Both the position numbers and the translations under genes were made by a program. This document shows, in pieces, positions 1 through 8,590 of a stretch of 64,000 bases of DNA (the first letter of the stretch is position 1; every line of letters starts with the position of its first letter). The notes beneath the pieces were generated by a model that made no database searches, was not told where the DNA came from, and was given only the letters and a program-made list of their open reading frames with translations. Location of the stretch: assembly GCA_024654535.1 (NCBI GenBank), contig JANLHL010000007.1:66395-130394 (forward strand), written 5' to 3'. Source of the stretch: Candidatus Roizmanbacteria bacterium (GTDB taxonomy: Bacteria; Patescibacteriota; Microgenomatia; UBA1406).

Positions 1-98
1 ATGATGCGCGTGTAACTATACAAAAAGCACGTTTACTCGACCCCAATAGAAAAACACTACAGTCTATTGAGAAAGAATTAGAATTACACTGTCAATAA
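1..98 (+). CDS. 3' end of an ORF entering from upstream of the window (partial, product unknown)
   Basis: Frame 3 is open from the window edge to TAA 96-98 (...DARVTIQKARLLDPNRKTLQSIEKELELHCQ*). It is too short to classify. Confidence 0.3.
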   Translation, partial: DARVTIQKARLLDPNRKTLQSIEKELELHCQ

Positions 99-117
99 GA
101 GAAGATAGGTAATTATC

Positions 118-468
118 TTATCCTCTTTTTTTAAGCCAAAATCCCGCTCCGGAGATTAAAAAAGGAACGGCAAGAAACACTGTTGACGATCCAGTTTCTG
201 GAATAGTGTTTACACCCTGTACTGTATTTATCACCGAAGGTGTAGTACCGGCAAAAATCGGTGTCGGTGTGCTCGTAAGAAAACTACTCGTTGGTGTAAC
301 TTTTCCAGTGACTATTGGCGTCGGTGATACTTTTACTTTTTTTGTCAGGTTTTTAAAAGAAGTAGCAATACTTGTCGGCAACTTCACACGACCGAGCGCA
401 AATGCTACCAACAGCACAAAAAAAAGTAATCCAAAAAAGAACACTAAGACACTTCTTAATTCTGACAT
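118..468 (-). CDS. small surface protein with LPXTG-type (IPETG) sortase sorting signal
   Basis: N-terminal TM/signal (VLVFFFGLLFFVLLVAFAL), Thr/Pro-rich middle, and C-terminal IPETG followed by a hydrophobic stretch and a KKRG tail. Start moved from ORF-track 531 to ATG 468, which lies 6 nt downstream of a TATACT box. Confidence 0.75.
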   Translation of the reverse strand: MSELRSVLVFFFGLLFFVLLVAFALGRVKLPTSIATSFKNLTKKVKVSPTPIVTGKVTPTSSFLTSTPTPIFAGTTPSVINTVQGVNTIPETGSSTVFLAVPFLISGAGFWLKKRG

Positions 469-474
469 ACCTAT

Positions 475-502
475 AGTATACCACAAAATAAGTATTTTGT
501 GG
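475..502 (-). promoter_or_regulatory. -10 box TATACT (475-480) abutted by a perfect palindrome CCACAAAATA-AG-TATTTTGTGG (481-502); candidate promoter plus operator of the IPETG-protein gene
   Basis: Read directly from the sequence. The palindrome has 10-bp arms and a 2-nt spacer and occupies the spacer/-35 position of the promoter. Confidence 0.5.
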
Positions 503-537
503 AATATCCAATACCCAATGCCAAATATCAAATGTCA
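503..537. repeat. reverse-orientation copies of the TTGGATATTT/TTGACATTT word family
   Basis: AATATCCAAT (503-512) and CCAAATATCAAATGTCA (521-537). A partner TTTGATATTGG lies at 566-576. Confidence 0.5.
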
Positions 538-590
538 GAATTGGACACCTGCCTTCGCAAACAGGTTTGATATTGGTTTATAATACCCAT

Positions 591-1847
591 ATGTCTATGA
601 AGCAAAAGGTAATTATAAATACGGCGGTGCAGTTTGGCGGGAGACTATTGACTTCATTTATCGGATTTATCATAACGGTGCTTCTAGCCCGTTACTTAGG
701 CGCGCAAGGGTACGGTATTTACTCGAAAATGTATGCACTTGCCTCGTTCTTTTATTTGGTGGCAGATTTCGGATTAAACGCTGTCTATATACGCGAACAC
801 AAAGATAGCCTGAAATTTTTTTCTTTACTCAATACACTACGCACGCTTTTTTTTGCCCTATCTCTGGCTCTTATTGGTATATTTTTTCTGACAACCGGCA
901 ACCATATATTTAGTAATAACTTGGAGAAACTCGCGGTACTCTTGTTCTCACCAACCATACTTTTCTTTGGCTATTACACAAGTTTAAACGCTATTTTTCA
1001 GATACATCTACGCTACGAATTATCTGTGCTTGCAGCTATTATAGGTGGGATTGTGGGTTTAGGACTTGTTTCTGTGAGCCTTCCGTATGGACTAAACGTA
1101 ATCATCAGTGCACTTGTCGTTGGGTATGCAGTAACGGTCATTGTCGCGTACGGACTTGCTCGACAGATAGCAACCTTTCATTTTTTTCCAACATTAAAGC
1201 GCTTGCATGACCCACTCTACAAAAAGCAAGCTATTGCTTTTTTGCGAACAAGCGCCCCGTTGGGAATGATGCTCTTTCTGAATACGATGTACGCTCGCGC
1301 TGACGTATTTGTGTTGAGTGCTTATACCACAAATGCGCAGGTGGGTATATACCAACTTGCCTATAAATTTTTTGAGTTTCCACTCGCGTTTGCTGCTTTT
1401 TTTGCAAATGCGGTATTCCCACACTATGTAACGCTCTATGCGCAAAACAGAGAACATTTTTGGCGTGTATTTCGCCGTGCAACAATCGCACTTGCCGGAA
1501 CGTCGATAGTGTTTACCGTCGGTGCATGGTTTGGGGCTCCATTTCTAGCATTTGTAAAGAGTGACTACGCGCGCTCTGCCCTACCACTTCAGATTTTATC
1601 GTTATCGTACCCCATATTTTTTCTGACGAGCGCACTTTCATGGCTTGCATTTTTACAAGGTAAGGAGAAAAGTCTTGTGTGGGTATATGGAACAAGCTTC
1701 TTAGTAAATATAGCGGCAAATATTATGTTTGTGCCATACTACTCATATATTGCCTCGAGTTGGATAACGGTTGCTGGAGAAGTGGGGGTATTGGGAATGC
1801 TCTTAATAGTGGTAAATATCAAAACCCCAATATCCAATATCAAATAA
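591..1847 (+). CDS. Wzx-like polysaccharide/oligosaccharide flippase (MOP superfamily)
   Basis: Multi-TM protein with a Polysacc_synt-like N-terminus (KVIINTAVQFGGRLLTSFIGFIITVLLARYLG). The ORF-track start 567 is TTG; ATG 591 lies 6 nt after TATAAT 579-584. Confidence 0.7.
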   Translation: MSMKQKVIINTAVQFGGRLLTSFIGFIITVLLARYLGAQGYGIYSKMYALASFFYLVADFGLNAVYIREHKDSLKFFSLLNTLRTLFFALSLALIGIFFLTTGNHIFSNNLEKLAVLLFSPTILFFGYYTSLNAIFQIHLRYELSVLAAIIGGIVGLGLVSVSLPYGLNVIISALVVGYAVTVIVAYGLARQIATFHFFPTLKRLHDPLYKKQAIAFLRTSAPLGMMLFLNTMYARADVFVLSAYTTNAQVGIYQLAYKFFEFPLAFAAFFANAVFPHYVTLYAQNREHFWRVFRRATIALAGTSIVFTVGAWFGAPFLAFVKSDYARSALPLQILSLSYPIFFLTSALSWLAFLQGKEKSLVWVYGTSFLVNIAANIMFVPYYSYIASSWITVAGEVGVLGMLLIVVNIKTPISNIK

Positions 1848-2014
1848 GTGACCAAATCCCAATAATAAAGTGAAGACAAATTTTTCCGATAAAAGTTCGG
1901 CTTGTGTGGCAGATCGAAATGGCAGATATTTTTTTGGTAATTTGACATTGGTCATTTATTGGATATTTATTATTGGAACTTGGATATTTACCATTGAGGT
2001 TCTAATTGATATTT
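1814..2014. repeat. array of TTGGATATTT/TTGACATT/TTGATATTT words (reverse copies 1814-1845, forward copies 1942-2014)
   Basis: AAATATCAAAA 1814-1824, CCAATATCCAATATCAAAT 1827-1845, TTGACATTG 1942-1950, exact TTGGATATTT at 1959-1968 and 1980-1989, TTGATATTT 2006-2014. Confidence 0.55.
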
Positions 2015-2039
2015 AAACTTTGCTATTATATAGGACATA

Positions 2040-2432
2040 ATGATTATTATTTATACCGATGGCGCGTCAAGCGGAAACCCTGGGCCCGGGTGGGCTATGT
2101 GGGTGGTACAAAAAGATAAAAAATTGCATAGAGAGCGCGTAAAACTAGAGTACTGCACGAATAACGAAGCCGAATATTTAAGCGTATTACACGCTCTCAA
2201 ATGGTTGATAACTAACCATTTGTGGCACCGCAACGAAAAAAATATACTGTTTAAACTTGACTCTTTACTCGTGGTAAAGCAACTCAACGGAGAATGGAAA
2301 CTCAAAGATGAGCGCATGCGTACATACGCTGGGGAAGCACACACTTTGGCTGCACGACTTGAAAAAAAAGTAACCTTTACGTACATTCCGCGAGAGGGAA
2401 ACCTTGCGGATGAGTTGAAATACGAAGTATAA
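2040..2432 (+). CDS. rnhA: ribonuclease HI
   Basis: YTDGASSGNPGPG, NNEAEY, DSLLVV and NLADEL match the RNase H type 1 D-E-D-D catalytic pattern. TATATA 2027-2032 lies 7 nt before the ATG. Confidence 0.85.
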   Translation: MIIIYTDGASSGNPGPGWAMWVVQKDKKLHRERVKLEYCTNNEAEYLSVLHALKWLITNHLWHRNEKNILFKLDSLLVVKQLNGEWKLKDERMRTYAGEAHTLAARLEKKVTFTYIPREGNLADELKYEV

Positions 2433-2444
2433 AAACAAGTTCAA

Positions 2445-2498
2445 TTGACATTTGACATTTGGATTTGGATATTTATTTAATATTGGATATTTGATATT
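2445..2498. repeat. tandem TTGACAT-TTGACAT-TTGGAT-TTGGATATTT ... TTGGATATTTGATATT array
   Basis: TTGACA at 2445 and 2452, and exact TTGGATATTT at 2465-2474 and 2483-2492. The array lies about 15-70 bp upstream of the -35 box of the 2548 gene. Confidence 0.55.
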
Positions 2499-2512
2499 CC
2501 TCCGTGGTTATA

Positions 2513-2541
2513 TTGACACTTACTGCCATTCATGCAACAAT
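2513..2541 (+). promoter_or_regulatory. sigma70-type promoter TTGACA-17 nt-AACAAT, ending 6 nt before ATG 2548
   Basis: TTGACA 2513-2518, an exact 17-nt spacer, AACAAT 2536-2541. Confidence 0.55.
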
Positions 2542-2547
2542 GACTAT

Positions 2548-4068
2548 ATGCGAATTTTGAAAACCGTACTTATTTTTTGCTTTTTGTTTTTAGCTTTTGC
2601 CCTACCCGCACATGCCCAATTTAACCCCGTAGGTTCTATAGGCGATTTTGAAAATGCTGCCGAAAGCTGTAAAACGAACGCAAGCGGTGCCTGTGTAGAA
2701 AACTTATCGTTGTACCAAATGACGACTGTATTTCCCTCTACTATGACCTGTGCATTAACAGGACTGGCTGGCTGTGACACAACAAGTTTTCAAACACGCT
2801 TAAAAAATTTTCAAAAAAGCCCACTGGGATTTGGCACACAAGTACTGGCGTATATGTACCAAAAACCTGCCGTAACGACGGGGCAGTACTTTGCGTGGAT
2901 TGGAGAGCGTGCACATATAGTACCTGCTGCATACGCACAAGGACTAACTTATTCGCGCCTCATGCCCATTTTCCCTATATGGAAAACCTTCCGAGATATT
3001 TCTTTCATGCTGCTGACCGTGATACTTATGTTTGCAGGGGTCATGATTATGTTTCGACAAAAGATAAACCCACAAACGGTGGCAAAAATAGAAAATACAC
3101 TACCCAATATAGTTATAACCATGATTTTGATCGCTTTTAGCTTGCCAATAGCTGCGTTTATCATAGACCTTATGTATGTGGCTATCGCCGCAGGCATACT
3201 TATAATCGGCAGCGCAGTACACGACCCGAATGTGACAATAGCCGTGCGCGATTTTACAACGGGGGGCGCTGGCATACTCTTTACAAAATCACTTGCTCCT
3301 GCGTTTCAAGCGTGGAAAATTGCACTCAATGCGACGGGACTGAGTAATGTAATCGATACAAGTAGTTCTACCGCTCAAGTGGGTTCGTGGGGTGCTGTCA
3401 GTGCGACAGCATTGGGGATTTCTGCAGGAGGTAGTATGGCAATACTACCATTCATTTTTCCGATCATCCTAGGTATTGGCGCGGGGGCTGCTGCAATGAA
3501 TGGCGCAGACGCCCCAACTATTTTTATGACTGCTTTAAGCCCTATTTTAGTACTCGTTCTCGTTATTATATTAGCAGCACTTTTTTTTCGTCTACTCTTT
3601 ATACTGCTCTCTGCGTATATACAGCTCATCATATCTATCGTACTGGGCCCTATAATACTTTTGTGGAATGCTATGCCAGGTCAGAATAGTTTCAGTAGTT
3701 GGTGGAAGGGCATTCTTGGAAACTGTCTGACATTTGTGATAACGGCCGTTATGCTCTACTTGGGTTGGGCAATAACAAGCTCCTTGGGTACACAAGCATT
3801 TTGGGTACCACCACTCCTAATACAGGGGGCAGGCGTACCACAAATAGTGTCGGGACTCATCGGCTTGGGGCTTTTAACACTGATACCCCAATTTATAACC
3901 ATGGCAAAAGGTGCACTTGGTGCAAAGCCAATATTCCAAGTAGGACCAGGAATGCTCACCCAACCAATAACCGGAGGTGTGATGCAGGGCGTACGTACGC
4001 TCTCAGAATTCCACATGGCATCTCCTGCTATTGAAAAACTAAAAGGATTTGTCGGAGGGAAAAAATAA
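2548..4068 (+). CDS. secreted/polytopic membrane protein of unknown function (VirB6/TrbL-like topology, unverified)
   Basis: Signal peptide MRILKTVLIFCFLFLAFALPAHA, a ~110-aa Cys-containing exposed domain, then many TM helices with Gly/Ala-rich loops. ORF-track start 2452 is TTG and its extension translates the repeat array. Confidence 0.75.
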   Translation: MRILKTVLIFCFLFLAFALPAHAQFNPVGSIGDFENAAESCKTNASGACVENLSLYQMTTVFPSTMTCALTGLAGCDTTSFQTRLKNFQKSPLGFGTQVLAYMYQKPAVTTGQYFAWIGERAHIVPAAYAQGLTYSRLMPIFPIWKTFRDISFMLLTVILMFAGVMIMFRQKINPQTVAKIENTLPNIVITMILIAFSLPIAAFIIDLMYVAIAAGILIIGSAVHDPNVTIAVRDFTTGGAGILFTKSLAPAFQAWKIALNATGLSNVIDTSSSTAQVGSWGAVSATALGISAGGSMAILPFIFPIILGIGAGAAAMNGADAPTIFMTALSPILVLVLVIILAALFFRLLFILLSAYIQLIISIVLGPIILLWNAMPGQNSFSSWWKGILGNCLTFVITAVMLYLGWAITSSLGTQAFWVPPLLIQGAGVPQIVSGLIGLGLLTLIPQFITMAKGALGAKPIFQVGPGMLTQPITGGVMQGVRTLSEFHMASPAIEKLKGFVGGKK

Positions 4069-4071
4069 ATT

Positions 4072-7000
4072 CTATTTAATTTCGGTTTCTTTGAGGCCTT
4101 CTTTCATAAATTGAAAGAGTAGAAGTAGTATACCGACCGTAAAGATAGTAGCCCAAACATCTAAACCTAAGCCAAAGTTATGTTCTCCACCGACCCACCA
4201 GTCTTCTACCTTGGCAAATTTTTTAAAGTCTTTAACAGCCCAGTCATTATATTTCTCTTGTGTTCGTGTGTAACCAGGTAACTTTACTTCTTTCATTCCT
4301 AATACCGTTTTTTTTACGAATTCACCGTTTTTATTTTCCACATCTTTGGTGACTATCCACGGCACTTTCACAGTCTTGTGAACTAAACCTGTTACTTTTT
4401 CATTATGATGAAGCGGTGACAAAATAAATTCGTTATAGGGTTTATGCAAAACGTGGTCGAGTACTTCTTTTCGCTGTCTTGCCTCCCATGAATTATTACG
4501 GCGGAAATCATCAACGTTCATAACGGTAGCCCATGAATGTGGTCGTACACCTCCTAAACCTGGAATAGCTAAAAGTGGGCTATCACGAAAACGATTGGGA
4601 GTAAATGGATACATGAGAAATGCAGAGGATAGGTAACCAAGCTGTGATGAATCTGTGGGGGAATACGAGGTTGAGACATCGAATAAACCAGTTTTTATCT
4701 CATCAAATGCTTTCTTAATCGTCTCAACACTCCCTTCAGGTTGGCTAATGCCATTTTGAAGCGCGGTATAGAAACCCATGTACTTTTGCGTAAAGCCTAA
4801 GATTTTTGCAAAATCGCCAATGTTGCGCTGTATCATAGACACACCCGTACCTTGAAAATTGAAGTTAACATCGTTCAGGTACGTCCAATCGAAGGGGCTC
4901 TCTACTTTGCCTTTCGCAATAAGCTCGGCATAGTAGGATGAAAGCGTTTTGGGTGAGCCAATATTCTCTTTAAACATACCGGTATAGCGCTTTGACCCAA
5001 ATATGCTGCTCTCTCCATTCTTACCCTCATAATAAACCTTTTTGGCAAAGTGAATAAATGCATCGCGTACTTGCTCGGGACTACCTGAAAGTTTAAATAG
5101 TTTGAGAGCGTTTATTGCTACCCCTTTTGATTTACTGGGATTTGTAGGATGAGGATCGTATAGCTTTTTATAGAGCTCTGGATTTTCTATTTCTGGATGT
5201 TCAGCAGAAAAAAAATCTTTGAGACTTTTGCCTTTCTGAGTGGTAGTGGTATAGCGTTGCATATACGTTTCAAGCTCGCGCATCATGTTGCTTGTTCGCT
5301 CGAGAACGACACGCGTGAGCATGGTATCGTACACGTACTTCTGCCCTAGAGGTGAAGCGTCAGCTTGATTGGTAATATCTTCAGATTTCTCATTAGCGCT
5401 CGCAAGTGCCCAGTACCCTCCATTTTTATCCGTGTGCGTGGCAAGCTCTTCGGCAATATGTTTGCGAATATTTTGCGTAAATGTAAGTTCTTTTCTTCGA
5501 AATAGGTGCGGCATTTCCATACCCATAAAAAAGTTGGGGTAATTCGTATGCATTTCTTCGAGGAGTACAGCCATTCGCGCTTCTTTATCCATAACTTCCC
5601 CTTGAAGTTTTCCACTCTTATCTCTCCCACGCCAATCAACTTTCATACCATTGTATAGATCGGCAATATAGTCAGGATGCTCCTTGTTTGCAGGAGCTGT
5701 AGCAAATCGATACGCAAGCATCGGGCTAATTTTGGCAAGTTTTGCAATCGTTGCAGGCCCGTCTAACGCTGTTGTACCGTTTGCTCCTTCACAGGTAACG
5801 TAGTGTTTCTTTACCATATCGATAACCTGACGCCGAACGCCTCCACGTTTCTCAAGGCTAATTTTTTGACTAAATTGTGAAAGTGTATAAAACGGCGTCA
5901 TATAATCATCTTCGAAATAGTGGGCAACATCATCTTCGATACCAAGGTACGCTGAGCGCTCCATTTTCTGAGCCTCTTTAAAGACGGTGAATGGATCTTT
6001 GGCTGCTTCACCTGGTTTGACGGGCAAAAATGACAACAAATGTAGATTATAATCGTTGAAATGTACCCATGAAAATAGCCAACGCATAGGGTTCATGGCC
6101 ATAAACAGTGAGCGGTAGGGAAAGTCACGAAACTCAGACGATATGGTGCGATAAATTTCTTTCGCTTCCTCTATGGAGAGTGATTCGTTTTTTTTAATTT
6201 TATTTTTTACTTCTGTTGAGAGTTTATCGCTATGGATAGCGGCCGTCATAGGGGGAAGCGCATTCGCAAGGACCGAAAGAAATTCACCGGAAGTTATCGC
6301 AAGGGCTTGGCCAATCTTCAGGTAGACATCTTTTTCTGGGTCGGTCATGTCGTCGCTACCATAGGCCGCACGAACGTCGTTTTCAAGGAGTTTGGGAATT
6401 TCTTGTTTGGCATACTGACCACGGCGGAAAAAATCGGCGGGGAGCTGGCCACCGTTGGCTGAAAGCTTGTCTTTAATGATGCGCATGAAGCTTTGTTCGG
6501 CTTGAAGCACAATCGGCGATTGAGAAACAAATAGATCGACCATTTCGTTGGATATTCCTGCGGCAGCTTGCAATAGTTTTTCAGCGTCTCCGCCTGTCTC
6601 GGCAATTTCGACAAATTGACTAATTTGCTGATACGCCTTCGCCATCTTATCCATAATACCTACATACACACCGGTGACATGTGCAAGGGTGCGATCGTGC
6701 AGTTCAAATGGATAGGTGCTGTTTCCTGCATAATCGACAAGCTCACGCTCATCTCTGTAGGCAAAGGTAATATTGACACCACCTAAATTGAAGTCTTCTT
6801 TCGCATTGGTTTTTTCCTTCATTTTTCTGATACTGGAACCAATGTATTGATCATAAATTCCTGACATTTCGCTTCCTGGTTGGGACATTTTGTATAGATT
6901 CAAGTTGGTTACCTGGCGGAACATTTTTTGATATATTTCTTCTTGGTTCACTTCAAAAAGAGTCCCATCTTGAGCTGATTGGAAATATGCTTGTTTTTTT

Positions 7001-8265
7001 GCTTCATCAGTTAAAATAAGCTCTGAGGCTTTTCCCCTGAAGTACTGTTCAAATAAGAACGGATCTTGCCCTCCGAACATGATAACTGGCATAACAGCTT
7101 CGTCTCCGAGACGATACATACCCTGTGCCTGACTTTCTTTTTGTACGATATAACCACGTGGATCGAAGGTCTGGATTTTGGTCGTATACATATCATTACG
7201 CAGTTTAAGTAAGTATGATTTTATTACTGCCTTTTGCTCTCCTGAAAGATCGGCATGATGCGATTCGCTCTCGTATTCTTCAAATAATTTATCAACAAAT
7301 GGATCGAAGTCTTTTTTGAATTCCGCCCCCATCAATGTCTTCTTGATATCCGAAACACTCCCTGCAGACTGCCCTCCTATACGCTCGTCTGGAACTGTGT
7401 GCATAAGGTCGAGAAGCCTTTTTGGGCTCATTGAAAGAATATAGACGTCTAAACTTGCTTTCTGTTGTGGATCGGTGATACTTGCAAGAAGAGCTTCTCG
7501 CTGTTTTGATAATTCGGCGGTTGTTTCTGGAGTAGACGTATCTATTGGTTCTGTTTCTGATGCCGCCTGAGACAGTTCTGCCTGTTGTTCTGGGGTAAGG
7601 TTATATTTTTGCAGAAGGTTTTTCCCCTCTGGGCTTTCTAGATACGTTTGTAACTCCTTGCTCACCCCATGAGTTGCACCTGTGAGTGCGACAATACGCC
7701 CAACTGCCTCTATTGATGTTGTGTCTGTTTGTTCTCCAACAAAAACCTCAAGTGCTACCTGAGCTTTTTGTTTTGCAGACTCCAAAGGACTAGATGAGGT
7801 AGGTAGGTCTGCTACCTGAGCTACAAAACGAGCATAGGGCATAACTTGGGATGCATCTTGTATAGGAAGGTTATTGGCTAGTGTTAAAAAAAAGTCACGA
7901 TGATACGCGGGAAGACTGGTGTTTCTCGTCATTTCGCCAATCGCTGCTTGTGTATGGGTGAGGATTTCACGTGTCGTTGTTCCTCTGGCTGCTTCTGCCT
8001 GACCCGTTAATACGCTCTTTAGCGAGGCCAACGCCGTTTTTTGTCCGTCACGTTTTGCCTGTTGGTCTGCTGGAATGGGCGTATTTGGGTCGATTTTTTC
8101 TGGCTGTTTCTTCATATAGTCTTCTGCCTGCTGGCGTTTAGCAGGGGAAAGGCGCGCAATGATATCGCGGAAACCATTTATAAGCGCTTCTTTGATCGTG
8201 CGTGGTTCTTGTGGTGGTCTCTCGGGTGGATGACCTTGCGGGTTGTCAGGATTGCTCGTAGTCAT
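4072..8265 (-). CDS. 1397-aa orphan protein with a single C-terminal TM helix (tail-anchored); no recognisable domain
   Basis: Uninterrupted ORF. The N-terminus is Pro/Gln/Glu-rich with no signal peptide. I found no Walker A, HExxH or HKD motif. C-terminal TM is WATIFTVGILLLLFQF. Its ATG overlaps the TGA of the upstream 68-aa ORF (ATGA). Confidence 0.85.
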   Translation of the reverse strand: MTTSNPDNPQGHPPERPPQEPRTIKEALINGFRDIIARLSPAKRQQAEDYMKKQPEKIDPNTPIPADQQAKRDGQKTALASLKSVLTGQAEAARGTTTREILTHTQAAIGEMTRNTSLPAYHRDFFLTLANNLPIQDASQVMPYARFVAQVADLPTSSSPLESAKQKAQVALEVFVGEQTDTTSIEAVGRIVALTGATHGVSKELQTYLESPEGKNLLQKYNLTPEQQAELSQAASETEPIDTSTPETTAELSKQREALLASITDPQQKASLDVYILSMSPKRLLDLMHTVPDERIGGQSAGSVSDIKKTLMGAEFKKDFDPFVDKLFEEYESESHHADLSGEQKAVIKSYLLKLRNDMYTTKIQTFDPRGYIVQKESQAQGMYRLGDEAVMPVIMFGGQDPFLFEQYFRGKASELILTDEAKKQAYFQSAQDGTLFEVNQEEIYQKMFRQVTNLNLYKMSQPGSEMSGIYDQYIGSSIRKMKEKTNAKEDFNLGGVNITFAYRDERELVDYAGNSTYPFELHDRTLAHVTGVYVGIMDKMAKAYQQISQFVEIAETGGDAEKLLQAAAGISNEMVDLFVSQSPIVLQAEQSFMRIIKDKLSANGGQLPADFFRRGQYAKQEIPKLLENDVRAAYGSDDMTDPEKDVYLKIGQALAITSGEFLSVLANALPPMTAAIHSDKLSTEVKNKIKKNESLSIEEAKEIYRTISSEFRDFPYRSLFMAMNPMRWLFSWVHFNDYNLHLLSFLPVKPGEAAKDPFTVFKEAQKMERSAYLGIEDDVAHYFEDDYMTPFYTLSQFSQKISLEKRGGVRRQVIDMVKKHYVTCEGANGTTALDGPATIAKLAKISPMLAYRFATAPANKEHPDYIADLYNGMKVDWRGRDKSGKLQGEVMDKEARMAVLLEEMHTNYPNFFMGMEMPHLFRRKELTFTQNIRKHIAEELATHTDKNGGYWALASANEKSEDITNQADASPLGQKYVYDTMLTRVVLERTSNMMRELETYMQRYTTTTQKGKSLKDFFSAEHPEIENPELYKKLYDPHPTNPSKSKGVAINALKLFKLSGSPEQVRDAFIHFAKKVYYEGKNGESSIFGSKRYTGMFKENIGSPKTLSSYYAELIAKGKVESPFDWTYLNDVNFNFQGTGVSMIQRNIGDFAKILGFTQKYMGFYTALQNGISQPEGSVETIKKAFDEIKTGLFDVSTSYSPTDSSQLGYLSSAFLMYPFTPNRFRDSPLLAIPGLGGVRPHSWATVMNVDDFRRNNSWEARQRKEVLDHVLHKPYNEFILSPLHHNEKVTGLVHKTVKVPWIVTKDVENKNGEFVKKTVLGMKEVKLPGYTRTQEKYNDWAVKDFKKFAKVEDWWVGGEHNFGLGLDVWATIFTVGILLLLFQFMKEGLKETEIK

Positions 8266-8468
8266 GGCAGTTGGTTATACAGCAACTTGGTAAATAAGCC
8301 TTTTTGTATAACTTCGGCTAAGTCACACATTGTACACGAACCGCCCTGATGAGCAAGAAGTGTCCATAAAACATCAAATATAAAGGTAAGTGCAAAGATT
8401 GGAAAGAGCACGATAAGAAGAATAGTACGCAGAGGGGTAAGGGTTGTATGAAAAGGTATATGTGTCAT
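8262..8468 (-). CDS. 68-aa membrane protein with CxxC motif, translationally coupled to the giant ORF
   Basis: One TM (ILLIVLFPIFALTFIFDVLWTLL) followed by GGSCTMCD. A 4-nt ATGA overlaps the downstream gene. TAAAAT 8475-8480 lies 6 nt upstream of the ATG. Confidence 0.6.
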   Translation of the reverse strand: MTHIPFHTTLTPLRTILLIVLFPIFALTFIFDVLWTLLAHQGGSCTMCDLAEVIQKGLFTKLLYNQLP

Positions 8469-8590
8469 AGCTCTATTTTACTATATTTGGAGAGATTTAC
8501 GCATGTAGTGCAATATATTCGTGATCGAACCCATGGATGAGTTAGCACGTTGAGCAAGAGATGACAATGAGAGGCAAGGGTTGACGATTC

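Noticed and set aside
2452-2547. TTG-initiated N-terminal extension of the membrane-protein ORF (MTFGFGYLFNIGYLIF...). Similar extensions occur at 469-531, 567-590 and 41560-41712.
   Set aside because: These extensions translate repeat or promoter DNA, or overlap the preceding gene. Internal ATGs with promoter or SD support give sensible N-termini.
8262-8265. Possibility of an alternative genetic code (UGA reassigned), as seen in some candidate phyla.
   Set aside because: Genes end cleanly at TGA, including ATGA and GTGA start/stop overlaps at 8262-8265, 20167-20170 and 36182-36185. Known proteins such as enolase and ProRS have normal lengths under code 11.
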